A program made the position numbers and the translations under genes. From Sphyrna mokarran (Eukaryota), in assembly GCA_024679065.1 (NCBI GenBank), contig JAGIQG010000016.1:12152001-12216000 (forward strand): 64,000 nt of DNA, given 5' to 3'. The notes beneath the pieces are model-generated. The model was given only the letters and a program-made list of their open reading frames with translations. It made no database searches and had not been told where the DNA came from. Below, piece after piece: positions 25,486-38,765 of this stretch. The stretch's first letter is position 1. Every line of letters begins with the position of its first letter.

Positions 25486-28150
25486 TGGGCAGAATTGAAA
25501 GTGGCACTGTTTTATTTCCGTTTTACGATCCCAACTTTAGTTTATTTTTTAAAAAACGCGATTCTGAATATCGATGCCGAATTACTATGAATGCGCCTGG
25601 AAAATATGCAGCTCCGGTTGGAGCCACAAACTCCGCACGGGCATACAGATGATGAAATGCTGGCACATTTCTATAGGCTCCCTGGCATTAATTATGTCCT
25701 TATAGCCTCACCACTCCGCCACCCAGACAGATTGCACCCCCTTCCCCCTCACGCTTCAGAGGAAAAGCGCCTCTTTCACCTAAATGGTCTCAGGCAGAAT
25801 GACACTGCCCCTCTAATCACAGTTCAAGACGGAGTGGCAGCGGTGACCGACGGAAGGTAAATTGGCATCAGTAACCCTTCCCTCAATGATCGAGGAAGCG
25901 TAGCAGCGGCCTCCATATCCGCCCCCGCCCTTCCCCACCAGCAATCGCAGAAAAAAAACCTATGTCTGCAATACCTGACTCAAACCCCGCCGGCCCCCAC
26001 CTCCACCAGGCTCTTGCAATGTGACTGTCCCCCCGCAACCCTCATTCACCCACCGATCTCATGCAGATTGATCCTTCCGCTCCCTCACAAATGTCTCGGG
26101 CAACGTGATTCCCCCTCCCCCTCTGCCACACCTCGGATATTCCTGCATATAGTCCTCATCTCCCCCGAACCCTGACAGCGGCAAGACGGCTCTGTCGTTC
26201 TCTTGTTCCTAATCATCCTACAAACGTCGATTCAGTCACCCATCAGCACGGCCATAAATTCGCCATTGTTCTCCACACAATGCTAACAAGAACATTTGAT
26301 GTTACTTACGGAAATGCTCTGCCAAAATGACTGCAACTGATCTGTTACATCAAGGGGCAGCACTATGAAATAATAAAAAAAAAGAGTTGGGCGGGACGAA
26401 GTCCAGCAAAAAGTGCCCCAACATACAGCATCCAGATTCACTGGTGATGGCCTCGCTTGCTGCTGTGTGGGGCGGAGGCAAGGAGGAACATTAGTTTCGC
26501 CTCAGCTTACACTATGCCAGGGGAGTTGATGACAAGGCGGCCTGGGAGCTAGTTTGCTCTTTTTATCAGTGCATTGGCACTAGCTAGCAATATCGACAAG
26601 CAGTGTCATAAGAAATTCACTAACCTCATCTGGGCAGCAACGGTGATTCCGTCACTCCATCGAGCATCTTCCTACGAATTCCGCCCCTCCCCCGATTCCC
26701 CCAGCAAGCAGTCTGCATGCTTTCAACCCCTAACCCCAAGCACCGCATTCTGATCCCTCTCCACCAAGAGCCACATAGAAACAGCCCCTGATAGTCTGCA
26801 GTGTCACGCCATCATTCCTTCCATTTGATTTTTCTTCTGCGCTCAGCAAAGACCAAACATAACACCAGAGAGAGGTCGAAGACAAGAGATGGCAGCCAGA
26901 CCTATGAATCCTCACCAACGTAAAGGAGCGGGTGCTGGAGCTGCCTGGGGAAGAGGAATGGCAAGATGCTTGGTTTAAAGACAATAAGTGTTGCACTTGT
27001 TAAATCTCCAATCAATTTGGGGCATGTTCTAAGTCGCATGGAGCTTAAATGTAAGGGGCAAAGTTTAAATGAAACGTTCAATGGATATTTATTTACACAG
27101 GTTGTGTGGTGGATGCCTGGAACCTGCTGTCATGGGAGGTCGTGAAGACAGACAGGCGAGTGATCCTTAAGAGGCGTGTTTAAGGGGGAAATGGGACAAT
27201 GACGGATTAAAATTCAAATGAATTGCCTGTTCGCTGCAGGCTTGGCCCGTCAACGCGTCTGTTTCTGCGACGCAGAGAGTAATTCTGCCAAATATGCTGA
27301 AATGGCGGGAAAATTGTTCTCAATCCTGACTGTTTTGTCAGTTCAGCTTCTCAACCGTATCTCTGCAGGCTGTGCACTGAAGAAGTCCTCGTGAAAATTA
27401 TGACAATCGAAGTGGAGGAGCCTAGTCTTGGACGTGCAGTGGCCCTGTTGTGTCAGACTCCCCTTTTCCTGGCCAGTTCAATCTCTGGTCGGCTGAGAGA
27501 ATCACAGTTCTGCCCCTCAACTTCTCCACCACACTCCACCACCACTACACGATCGCGACTCCTAGAGCAATTCCTGAAACATCACTGACCACGCCACCCT
27601 GATGAAGAGCCCCGATGTACAGGTCCCACATGCCCCTTCCACCCAACAGTGAGTTGGAACCCCCAACACTGGCGATCCCTCAACACACCCTGCAGGCCAT
27701 TTCTCACTGACCCTGAATAATACACCCGATGAGACACTCCAACCCCATCCGGTAAACAAGCCCCTGTGCCACCCCACTTCCATCGCAGACCAGTCTTGTC
27801 GGCAGAGTACCAAGTTATCTTCCACCCGCAGCGGTTACCCTTTGGTCCCTCTCAGATTAGACGCCACCACCCGATTCTTGATGGGGAGGGACAAGGTGCC
27901 CCTGAGCACAGGTGCTTTGTCTCTTGTGTAGAACCAAAGGGCACGGGCTATCACCACCAGGTTGATCAAGCCCAGTGCGGAACAATGCCCACCACACCCA
28001 CCCACCCCCCAACTCCGCCCGACCATATAGTACCCCCGGTTCCCCAATAGCGACCTTTCTTTCTGATCAAGACTTGCGCCAGTTTCCCGAAAAAGCGGGT
28101 CAAACAGTCGGAAGAGAACGCACCTGAGGGTATTGTTTCAGACTTACCGA
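25486..28150 (+). mobile_element. Harbinger-derived region 2 (Myb-like relics only, with a CR1 fragment at ~26990-27270)
   Basis: C-rich block with Myb-like exons at 26420-26965 and a weaker one at ~27765-27980. Confidence 0.55.
26420..26965 (+). pseudogene. Harbinger Myb/SANT-like gene relic (two exons)
   Basis: Exon 1 ends 'DKQCHKKFTNLIWAAT'. Exon 2 follows 'ctcag': 'KTKHNTRERSKTRDG/PDL*ILTNVKERVLELPGEE', resembling 'K.AHNRRER.KTGGG.PDLRILT..EERALEL.GE'. Confidence 0.7.
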
Positions 28151-28227
28151 CCTTTTCATGCGCCTTCGGAATATGAACTGAGCTGGGAATAACATCGGGA
28201 GATTTTGATGCACTTATGCTTGTGCGC

Positions 28228-28229
<2 letters not shown>

Positions 28230-28268
<39 letters not shown>

Positions 28269-28272
28269 TGTG
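28230..28272. repeat. (TG)n microsatellite
   Basis: Seen directly. Confidence 0.95.
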
Positions 28273-28749
28273 TTTGCAGCAGTTTATCCTCTATATATGG
28301 TGCGCAGCAACATACCAGAAGAACAGTCAGGGTGTTGGAACAACAGCCGGTGCTGGTCACAGGTTCACACAGAAGGGAGAGTGGAAAATGGAAAACCCCA
28401 CGATGGGAGTTGATGACTAGTTGATGTCTGAATGAGTTCAATTAACGGCTTCAGTGATGTCAGAGATCTGAAAAGTCTCGAGAATGAACTAATAATCGTA
28501 TTTAAAATGTATTTTTATGTATTTAAATTACCTATCTTCCCCCCAGTCTCTAGTGTGGGCGGACAGGCGGCTGTTTGCTGCTCTGCCACATGTGCATGCA
28601 TTTCTAGCGCATGTGCAAATATCTGTTCAAGGCCCGTGACACACATCTCCGACAGAAAAGTTGTACGTCGCGACTAAAACATCGCCCTCCTCATGTCCTT
28701 TGCGCTTTGTCTTGTCCTGAGTTCAGCAGAGAAATATGAATCATTTTTT

Positions 28750-30590
28750 TCTCGGGTTCTTCTCCCCCGTTTGTACTTAACAGCACAACTTACGGTATAG
28801 GATCAGATTTTCGATGACTGAAAACTTCTGAAATGGTGGCGTCCACTGTGTTTCGCATCCATCTTTCCCCAGATACTTCGGAATGAGTCCTTGGAGCATG
28901 TGAGTTCATCGAATACGAGGGTGGCATCTTTTCGGCATCAGCTTCTAACTCGCAGTTTAACATGCCAGATAATGACATGTCGGTGGATCCTATTATTGCT
29001 CAGACTTATGGCTTACATTCTGGTGAGCACGACATATTTCATGGTATGCATCGGTGGAGGAGAGTAAATAGGAGACCTGTGCTTTAAGTGGCTTGCTAGA
29101 GACAAGTACTCAGCAGGCAACCTTCTATTTTCAAGATCTCTGAGATGAATTCTACCTCAGCTGCTACATATGCAATAACAGAGCCACGGAATGTAAGTTT
29201 GGGGACGGTCACATTAGAGCAACTGGAAGAATGTCGGGAGCCATCCCAAGTTATTCAGGCAGACAAGTTGTTGGTTTTCTTGTGTGGCTTCCGGGACGCA
29301 AACCATGCTGTTCCTCTCACGCCCGATTTTACCACATTTTCGGACCCGGAAATTTGTGGGAAATTGCCCCCACAATCTTTGATAAACTTGGTTAATCTTC
29401 CGTACCACAAAGAGGATAAAGCCCCCTTGATAAATGAACTATATATTTACTAGAGTTCATTTCTGGTCAATTCCGTACTTCGGTCAAAAGAAATGGACGC
29501 TTGATGTTAGCTAAATTGCATGGTTGAGCGGGTGATTGATTTGTACATGTATTTTCATAGAACTGTCGATAACACTGATTGGCAGTTTTTTTTTTCAGTT
29601 TAATTTTTTGCCAGATCAGAAAAGTTACTGCGGGTAGAATGGACACCCTGAGCCTGTATCACCTCTTCAACAGATCAGACCATCCAGATTCTGTTCTTGT
29701 ATTCTGATGTATACCTCGGTATTCTGCTTAAGCCAAACATCTGGAGAGGACGGAATGGCTATTGTTTATGACGAAACCACTTAACGTGCAGATCTCTGTA
29801 TCGTGCGAGTTAAGCGTTGCACCTCAGGAAAGGTGTAAACACAAGTGAAAGTGCGAAGCTACCAACACGCAATCACTCAAGGTAGAATTGGAAACAATTA
29901 AGATGCCCCCCTCCCCGCCTCCGAGAGAGCAGTCCCATTCTTCCATGCTGCAGCATACAAGTTCAACAGCTTTCCACAATGTTGGTTAGACATCTGCAGC
30001 CAATACATTCAGGTACCGATTGATCTCTCGACAAAAAATCAATCACTGACATCTATTATGTTTGTGATCAAAGAGGAGGTTGCAAATAGTTAGTTAATGT
30101 AGCAGATGACTGTTGACATCCTAGCTACGTTCCAATGATAAGATATGCTGAACCACTTTTAAAGATGCCAAAAATTTGTCGTCATCGAGCGTAATTTACT
30201 TTGTAAACTATTAAACCAGGAACAACTTCACATTGTCGGGCTGAAAAGCGTTTACGTTGCATGACCAAATACTCACTGGGGTCATGTTACAAGCTCCAAA
30301 TTTGGCATGGCATTCACCAAAGTTTTAACGTCTACCGTTGCAAATGAGAATTGTGTTTCCGTTTCCACCAGCAGTGAAGCAAATTTTCAGCAAGTACCTT
30401 TTTCTTTAGCTTCCCTCTCTGCCGCTGTGAAGAAGACATATATCGTAAGTTTGATAATTTTAAGGGATAAGTTGCATCTGAACAGTCAAAATCACGAACT
30501 TAGCTTTACTTGCATTAACAATACATACCTTATCACAACACTTGATCAGCAAATGAGAAACGAAAATTACTGTTTATCAATGTTGTGTAC
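28750..30590 (-). mobile_element. Ancient LINE RT and 3' relic
   Basis: Motifs in order on minus: 'EAKEKG', 'SWFNSLQS' (WF.SYL), 'CYIN*L' (YINDL), 'IDQK' (agttcatttctggtcaat on +), 'VKSGVRGTAW'. Homologous to 14300-15150. Confidence 0.45.
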
Positions 30591-30599
30591 GTCCGGTGA

Positions 30600-31100
30600 T
30601 CCTGTCGCGGGCGTGAGAGCTGGGGTCTGACTGGGTAATTAATGGGTGTCTGCGAAGCGTGCTCGAGGAAGATGGGCTTCGGAGATTCCCCTGCAGAATA
30701 GGAATACGCTTCGAATTTTTGTTCTGCGGGTTGATAACAGCGGGGATCCGAAGACAGTGAAGTACGTTTTGGCAGTAGATTTTGGCGCGCTTTTCTTTAA
30801 TGGATTAAAATGCAAGCTAACCTATTTAAATCAATGGGTCGGCCAATTGGGGCGCGGACTGAATGCACGACCAAATAGGGTATCTGTTGTGGCGCGATTT
30901 GCTCGGTTTCGGGTATGGATCGCGTTATAGGTCCAAAGCTCTCACTTACGGTCATTTCGCGCCCAAAAGTGGGCGCAATTTTTTGGTGAAATCGACACCG
31001 AGAAAACATTTAGTGAATGATTGTTTTCGATTAAACCACTGCTTACACGTTTAAACTGTATCAAATGCAAACGCGATCTCTGCAAATTTTCGTCGAATAT
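30600..31100. mobile_element. CpG-rich non-coding insertion, possibly a non-autonomous DNA element
   Basis: Abrupt CpG enrichment in AT-rich flanks and an internal hairpin GCGCCCA-aaag-TGGGCGC at ~30959-30976. Confidence 0.3.
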
Positions 31101-31419
31101 AAAGCCACCCATTCTTGGAATGAGTTGAGTATGTCTTACTGCTACTTATGCACATTCATTTTTATTTGAATATGAGTTCTAAGCTCCATATAATGCTACG
31201 TCGCGGCTCATCATGACCTTGCAAAACAGAGGGGTAACTTCCAATAATGAAGTAATCAATTTTCGATGCAATAAAAAGTTAGCAGTCCAGCAGTATTCTC
31301 ATTAAAGTGTTGTCATTATAACAACCACATATCGGGACAGTTTGACCTGTGAGCAACGCAGAAGTCTGTTGTTTCGCATTCTCAATATAATGAGCTATTT
31401 TACTATTATTACTGAAAAA

Positions 31420-32600
31420 CTGGTATTTCCGAACACTAGACTGCATTTCCGTTTTTTTTTGTTCACAGAATAGTAAAGAGATTGTGTTTTCAATTCCCTC
31501 TCTTTAGCTTTACAATTTAGATCTTAGTTATCTTTCTGCCATTGACCAATATAACATCGCTACCTTTAGCCCCTTCATTAAAGTCATCGATAAGTATAGA
31601 GAAATCAGCACTGATCCCGTTGATAAACACTTCAACAAAATCTGTCCACCGAACAAATGCATATGTATCTCCATTTGCTGCTGCCTCCGAGCTAGTTTTT
31701 CTTCAAGCAATGCCTTCATAATATCAGCTCTAACTCAGTCTTTTATTTTCTGAAATAACGTTAGATGTGGCGCATTTCTGAATAATTCTGGAAATTCCCT
31801 TAGAGTATAACTCCCTAGTTCTGTTGCATTCACAGCACAAGCGAACTTCAAATAACTTCAACGGATTGGCTAATGCGTTTTCCCTTTAAAAAGAGCCGTT
31901 ACTCGTGGCTTTGGATTTTATCAATTGCCCACGAATCATATGGTAATAATGAATTCCTGTAGTTTCCCTCTGATAGGCGTTGGGCTAACTTGAAAATATA
32001 TATATTTTTTTCCCCTTACCTTATCTCCTCGTCTTTAAGAATAAATTTCTTATTATCTTCCAATCTATGGAATTGCTCATTGATTGAGTAGAATCGGAAA
32101 GTTAAGACTTATACAATAACTATCTTATTAGAAAATGCAAGACGTTTGTCCGAAAACCATCAGGACCACTATTCGTGTCAACTCCTCGCGTGACCAACTT
32201 GTACAACATTTCATTCATGCAAAACTTTCTTGCATAAATGATGACTTGCATTCGCATTAATTACTCCGTTCAAAACACTTCTGAAATACAAATCGCTAAG
32301 TAAACGATCCAATTTGAAAGTCCTTTTAATGGTACAATATGTGAACGGTTCAATAATAGGAACAGGACAATCAATTGCTCCAATCACCTTCTTTTAGTTC
32401 TTTTAGATTCTTCTCTGTTAGCGGCATGGAAAAAAAACGCATTTTGTGTAATACCACATTATTCCCCAAAGGATTTAACTTATTTTGTTTATTATTCCAA
32501 ATGAATTGTTCTTTTTTAACCATTTTCGTGTCAACTTATACAGCGTAAATGTACTGACCATTTATTCAAAATTTTCCACTCTGCGCTAAAAAAAATCAGA
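31420..32600 (-). mobile_element. Highly decayed CR1 RT relic
   Basis: Minus ORF 31528..31719 and the adjacent frame resemble 'GSVLGP.LF..YINDL.EG'. Confidence 0.45.
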
Positions 32601-32952
32601 TAACGAAATAGAGACCCGACGTTTGGAAACAATTGGAAATGATTTCTGCATCTTCAGAGGAAATTATCGACATTCATGACGATGTTCAGTAATTAGATGC
32701 TATTTGCATATGTGATAAAATGTAGAAAGTGGAACATATCAGTGCAATACAAGATTTTTTTTAACGTATAATATTTTTCCAGAGCCACAGTGGTGGAAAA
32801 CACTGAATAATAGTTTCCTCACATCTCACAGCTGTCTGAGAGTTTGTGTTTGCCAGGAAGCTTGGAGACATATGACAATTGAAATAAAAACGAAACATTC
32901 AATTCCGGAATGCAGCTCGGCCCAGCATAGGCTGGGCAGTGATAAGTGACGT

Positions 32953-33187
32953 CCATTTCACTGCGTGTTTGTAACTGTGTTTATCCACGTCACTGCGTGC
33001 ATTTGTAACTGTGTTTATCTATGTTAATCAGTGTGTTGTAACAGTTTATTCATTTTAATGTGTGTTTGTAACTGCATTTATTCGTATTAATGTGTATTTG
33101 TAACTGTTCACAAATGTTAATTCGTGAATTTGTAACTGTGTTTGTCCATGTTAATATTTGTATAACATTGTCCATGTTAATGTGAGT
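32953..33187. repeat. Degenerate minisatellite, ~30-34-bp unit, ~7 copies
   Basis: Recurring 'TGTGTTTGTAACTGTGTTTATCCATGTTAA'-like unit. Confidence 0.85.
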
Positions 33188-33214
33188 GCGGCAGAAGTAT
33201 CAAACTTTTGTTAT

Positions 33215-33840
33215 CTTAAACAAAATTGTATCTATGTGTCAAATCGTTAAATGCAACAGTTGGGACGTCTCGTTGAACTTGTGAAAGACATTGGTGAGAC
33301 CACACCTGGAATAGAGCGTACAGTTGTCGTCACTCGATTATGGAAATAATATTGCTAAACTAGAACGAGTGCAGAAGAGACTGCCAGTAGGTACTACCGG
33401 CACACGATTGTTGGAGTTACACGGAGGTGCTACACAAACTGTTTCTTTTTCCTCTTCAGCGTAGGAGACTCACGGTTGATCTTCTAGAGGTGTATAAATT
33501 AATGAGGGGCATAAATCAGCTAGAAAGTCAATATATTTTCCCAATGTTAGGAGATTTAAAACTAACGGGCATAAGTTTCAGGTGAAAAGGGGAGATACAA
33601 ATGTTCCACAGGCGTTTGTTTCTCATTCAGAGAATGGCGAATATGTAATAGATGCCAGATGTAGTAGTAGATTCGGGCACTATTTTGTCTTTTAAAACAC
33701 ACTTAGACATAGATAAGATGAGCACAGAGGGACGTGGGCTAAATGGGGTCAATTGAGACTAACTCAAAAGTTAAATGAGGGCTGCAATGATAAGTTCGGC
33801 CGATACGCCTATTCCAATGCTGTAAACTTCTGTGGCCCTA
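33215..33840 (+). mobile_element. Decayed CR1 3' fragment
   Basis: 'AAGACATTGGTGAGACCACACCTGGAATA' (KTLVRPHLE) and 'CTAGAACGAGTGCAGAAGAGA' (LERVQKR). Tail at ~33790-33830. Confidence 0.8.
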
Positions 33841-33899
33841 AGACTCTAAATATCTCCAAAAGAAATTCAAACTGATTATCATAACTCTGTACTCCAGTA

Positions 33900-34474
33900 T
33901 GTATGCTATTGTTTATACAATTGACAAGAAGCTGAACTGGGCTAGTGATGTAAATATTATTGCTATGAGATCAGGGAAAAGGCTAGGCATTTTGCGGAGA
34001 TGAACAGAACTGCTGATTCAGAAATTTGTTTCCAGAATTACAAGACATAATTTTCAAAACATCTCAGACAAATTAACCTGTTTGATTCTGCCAGTCCGAG
34101 AAACATTTCAATCATCCAACGCTGAAACACATTGGAAATGATTCGTACTTTCTGTAAGATGTACTGCAGGAACCCACGGATGTTACATAGCTTGCATAAT
34201 TGCACTCTCCTATATCGAGGAGAAACAGCAGAGTGTGTCTGTGAACAGTACGACTTGTAGCTTCCCCTCAATTAGCTCACCATGCTGACTTGGAAATGTA
34301 TTCTGGGTACTTCCGTGTCACTGTATGAAAGTCTCGGAATTTCCTGCTTACAAGCACTGTGGTCGAACATAATCTCAGGTACTGCAGCTGTGCAATAATG
34401 CAACTTGATCAATACCATCTGCAGTAAAACTACAGGTACCCCATAAGGTGAAGGCTGGCCAGTGCTGCACACGT
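33900..34474 (+). mobile_element. LINE 3' end of a second CR1/L2-clade family, with its tail split by a SINE
   Basis: 'ATTGACAAGAAGCTGAACTGG' (IDKKLNW), 'RLGILRR' and 'ACCATGCTGACTTGGAAAT'. The tail resumes after 34959. Confidence 0.65.
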
Positions 34475-34959
34475 ACAAAGAACAAAGAACAAAACAGCAC
34501 GGTGAACAGGCTGTTCGGCCCAATGAGCCCGCGCCGCCACCCCGATGTTCCCACCTCTACCCGCGATCCGTGTCCATGTTTATAGATCTTTGGGGTAAAA
34601 AACAAATTTGAGACAATTCAGGGAGAATTTGCTTTGCCAATTAGCCTAAGAGCACATCTTTGGGATGTGGGAGGAAACCGGAGCACCCGAAGAAAACCCA
34701 CGCAAGCACGGGGAGAATGCGCAAATTCCCACAGACAAAGGCCCAAATCCATGTATCTGCACAGCAGAGCGATAGTCAATGAGCTGTCGTATTGCCCATC
34801 AAATGGTCCAGGTCAAGCGTACACTAACGACGTGAAGCACTAGGATACTGTCAAAAAAAAAATCCAAGAGCAGCACTCTCACGACCCATCGCGTGTATGC
34901 CCCTCGTTAGACAACGAGGTGGAGCAAAACACCTGTAGGATAAAAACAAGTACATCAAT
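34475..34959 (-). mobile_element. Composite SINE copy 2 (5' truncated by ~45 bp)
   Basis: Reverse complement of about 1466-1951. Confidence 0.9.
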
Positions 34960-37049
34960 CCATTAACGTAGTTAGAAAATGCCATTGACTCCATTGAAAT
35001 TGAATATTCTTGTTCGCATCGAATATTCGAGTGAGGGAATCATTGGGGAAACCTCAGAAGAATGTACAAATAGCAGAGATTGTAGTGAAGTTGGTTGGAG
35101 ATGGGAAGGGAACGTGTTTGCCTTGAGGTGGGCCTTCAGTGCCCAGCGTCCGTGCTACACAGCTGTACATACATCACACATTGTCACTAACCTGTAATTT
35201 CTGTGTCCAGCGACGGTTGAATTACAGTCAGGGAAACGTCCCGAAATTAAATCGCAAAATCAATGAAATTTCAAATGGAATTAGCAAAGTCGGATATAAA
35301 ATCACTTTTCTCAAGCAGATATGCATCTTTTTGTTGTGATGCAGTGTGGCATAATGCCAGGTACTGGCAAAGCTGAAGTAGGAGATCGCAGTCAACTGAT
35401 GCGTGTGACATCTATTCGAGCAAAAGTTAATGTAGAGCTAATGCTCTACCAAAGTAATTGATTTCCTTCAAAAAATCAATATCAAGGCAAGATACATACG
35501 CAGAGGCGTACAAATTGAGGAAATTGAGCACCACAAAATGTGGACGGAGAAGACGAGATAGTCGGGGGAGCGTTTGGAGCAAGGCGTGTCGATGGGGTGG
35601 GCAGAGTGGCACTGTGGAAAATGACTGCTCCATTCTGTTGTGGAACATTTCCCTTAAAAGAAAACAGCATTTCGATCTTGGGAAACTGGTTCTGGAGGAA
35701 CAGATAGCATTTGTAATATTTAGGATTAAATGGACAATACCTGTGGTAGGAGGAAAAGGATTGCTGAAACATTGTTACATGAGTATTACAATTTGCAAAT
35801 ACACTGGGGCAGCTTTCGGGTTTTGTTGACATAGCGAGAAAATGAAAACGGAACAAGTGTATGTACTCAAACACAAAGATTTGAAATACTGTTAAAAATT
35901 GCATTATTAAAACAATAATGTGCAGCATGGAAAATAGCATGGGAATTCGCAGTTACTGTACTGACATATGAGTAAACATGGTAGTTGAACCGATGTGTCG
36001 CGATGAAAACATCAAGAGCGCACGCAGGTTGAATATTAGTCCGTTGATATAGTGAGGGTTAAACAAAATACATGTTGTTCATAACATTCTTTCAAAACTA
36101 CCTAATTTGGCAGGATTATGTATCATGGATCGTATGAAGAGGTGACAACCATCCAAAAGTTGTTTTTTAACAAATATGTAAATCAACCATATCCTTGGAA
36201 TGTGGGTTCCATCTATTAATGCGGAATCAAACACATCAAGTTAGGCAAACACAACTTGACAAAAAATAACACAATATTCACAATACAATAACATGCATTA
36301 CAGTGGAGGGACAGATTACATCTCACAATGCAATCTATGTTTTTTTTCAGTTTGTGAGACCTATTGATAATACTTGGGAAGAGAAAGAGTGGAGAAGAAG
36401 TGGCAAGCAACGCAACAAATCCACAAGTGTTGCTGCAGTGAAGTAGATTGTGATTGATATATCGTGTCTTTACACACAAATTCAACAACCCTGAAAAGAG
36501 GGCACAATTGGCTGCAGCTATATCATACTGAAACTAACAAATAACTTTTGAAGAAACATTATGACATGGTACATCAATTACTTGAGTACCTCTAAAAATC
36601 GCTCATTGTGTTACATTCACCCATAATTCACACACCTGCAATATACTCGTCATTTATGATCGGACATCCTTGCTTCTGTGTCAGTGCAATGTTGCTAATG
36701 GATGGCCCTTGCTGAATGGAACAAATTTATTTATGTTATTTCAAATACATGTTGCTGGTTTTGAGTTAAGCAGGTTAAATATTGCCCAACAGTCCACCAA
36801 AACTGCATTTCGAAATGATGAAATTTAATCAGATCTCATCGCCGATAATAGGAAAGGGAAAAAAAATGGAATTATTAATTGGTTGTACTGACTTGTTTTA
36901 GCATTTTTAATGGTTACTAATCGACTAAATGGTACATATTGTCAGCATTCCCATTGTTTTGAAACCATTCAGATGCATTTTTATATTATATCCCTTAAAT
37001 AAATATTCACAATGGAAGACTATTTTTGAATACGTGATGAATTTTTCTA

Positions 37050-38218
37050 TCGCTGCAATGGAGTTCAGCAAGGCGTTTGATAAGGTACCCCATGCAAGAC
37101 TTCTTGAGAAACTGAGAAGACATGGGATTCAAGGGGCTGGTGCATTGTGGATCCAGAACTGGCTCGACTGCAGAAGACTGAGAGTGGTTGTGGATGAGTC
37201 TTTGTTCTGCATGGAGGAATGTCATTAGTGGAGTGCCCCAGGGATCTATTCTAAAACATTGCTGTTTGTCATTTTCATAAATGACGTAGATGAGGAAGTG
37301 AAGGGATGGGTTAGTAAGTTCGCCGACGACACAAAGGTTGCTGGTGTTGTGGATAGTCTGGAGAGATGTCAGAAGTTGCAGCGAGACATTGATGGGATTC
37401 AAGACTGGACGGAGAAGTGGTAGATGGACGTCAACATTCATAAGTGTGTAGTGGTCCACTTTGGTAGGCCTAATCGGATAAAGAAGTACAATATCAAGGG
37501 TAAGGCTCTTAGCAATGTTGAAGAACAGAAGGACCGTGGTGTCCGGGTCCATCGGACTCTTAAATCGGCCTTGCATGTTGAGGATGTTGTCAAGGACGCG
37601 TAAGGTGTGCTAAACTTCATTAATCGAGGGATTGAATTTAGGAATCTGGAAATAACGCTTCAACTTTATAAGACCCTTTTCAGACCCACTTGGACCTCTG
37701 TGCGCTATCCTGGTTGCTCACTACAAGAAGGATGTGGAACCTATTGAGAAGGTGCAGAGGAAATTTACAGGAGTGTTGCCTGGATTGGGAGGCATGCTTT
37801 ATGCAGATAGGTGTAAGGAACTAGATCTCTTCTCCCTGGAGAGACAGACATTGAGAGACTATCTGATAGAGGTTTATAAAAGATTGAGAGGTATAGATAG
37901 GGTGGAATCTTGGAGGCTATTTCCAAGGGCTGAAATTGTCGCTACAAGAGGACACAGGTTTAAAATGATGAGGAGCAGGTACAGAGGAGATGTCGATGGT
38001 AAGTTTTTCACACAGAGGCTGGTGAGTGAATGGAATCACTGCCGTAGGAGGTGATAGAGGTGAACTCGCTGGGGTCTTTGAAGAGACTTCTGGATGAGCA
38101 CGTGGGATTTAGTGGGATTGAGGGTTATAGATAGGCCTGTTTGGCATGGATGTGATCGGTGAAACTTGTGGGCCTGTTTGTGCTGTAGTGTTCAGTGTTC
38201 TGTGTTCTATATTCTATA
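37050..38218 (+). mobile_element. 5'-truncated CR1 LINE RT with stops and frameshifts
   Basis: [48 protein letters not shown]. Tail 'GGCCTGTTTGTGCTGTAGTG...TTCTAT'. Confidence 0.93.
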
Positions 38219-38574
38219 TTGTGGCTGGTAAAGCCGTTGAAAGTGCACAAACGAATGTTTGTAGAATAGGAAAGAAATAGGTTTTCCATGCAATAAATTA
38301 ATTTTTGCACTATACATTTTTCCAACAATCAATTCTGTTTGGTGAAAATTGTCCCATCAGCACAAAATGTATGTGTGCTTGTACGTGAACTACTGAATAA
38401 CTCGAGTTTATTCTTACCAAATCCTTCGCTCATAGTCATGCACTCAGCCAGTTGTGTGTGTGAATGAAGTGAAAATTTCATTTCATTCATCTGGCAAACG
38501 CTGGCATTGAACCGCTCTACTTCATCCAAAAGGACCGTCAAACTTGTGAAGCAAAGTACATTGCTGAAGCATAA

Positions 38575-38765
38575 CTTATGCATGAGCTGCGCAAGTCTAG
38601 AGCCATGAGCGCAACAACTGCAAAGCCTACACAAGTCTGTCCAATATGTGCCAGGATACTCCGTCCTCAACTTAGCCTGATCAGTCATCTTCGGACACAC
38701 CGCATCCATCCTCAAAATGACGAATGGTGTCGAGGTACTCATCGACGACGATGGACGAACAACAC
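38575..38765 (+). mobile_element. RTE-clade LINE 3' end
   Basis: C-terminal 'RKSRAMSATT...CPICARILRPQLSLISHLRTH' zinc-finger-like motif and 3' end 'CATCGACGACGATGGACGAACAACA', typical of RTE. Confidence 0.75.

Noticed and set aside
28790-29453. ORFs with superficial FNIII-like or Sushi-like patterns and a GTAAGT donor
   Set aside because: Key W/Y/C residues are missing or need frameshifts. The region is collinear with the 3' part of an ancient minus-strand LINE.
32953-33187. Possible CRISPR-like array
   Set aside because: Contiguous degenerate tandem units with no unique spacers, no cas genes and a eukaryotic context.
35500-35740. 241-nt minus exon candidate with strong acceptor and donor
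   Set aside because: Two frames are open with no recognisable protein, and part of it looks like an antisense CR1 tail. Unsupported without transcripts.
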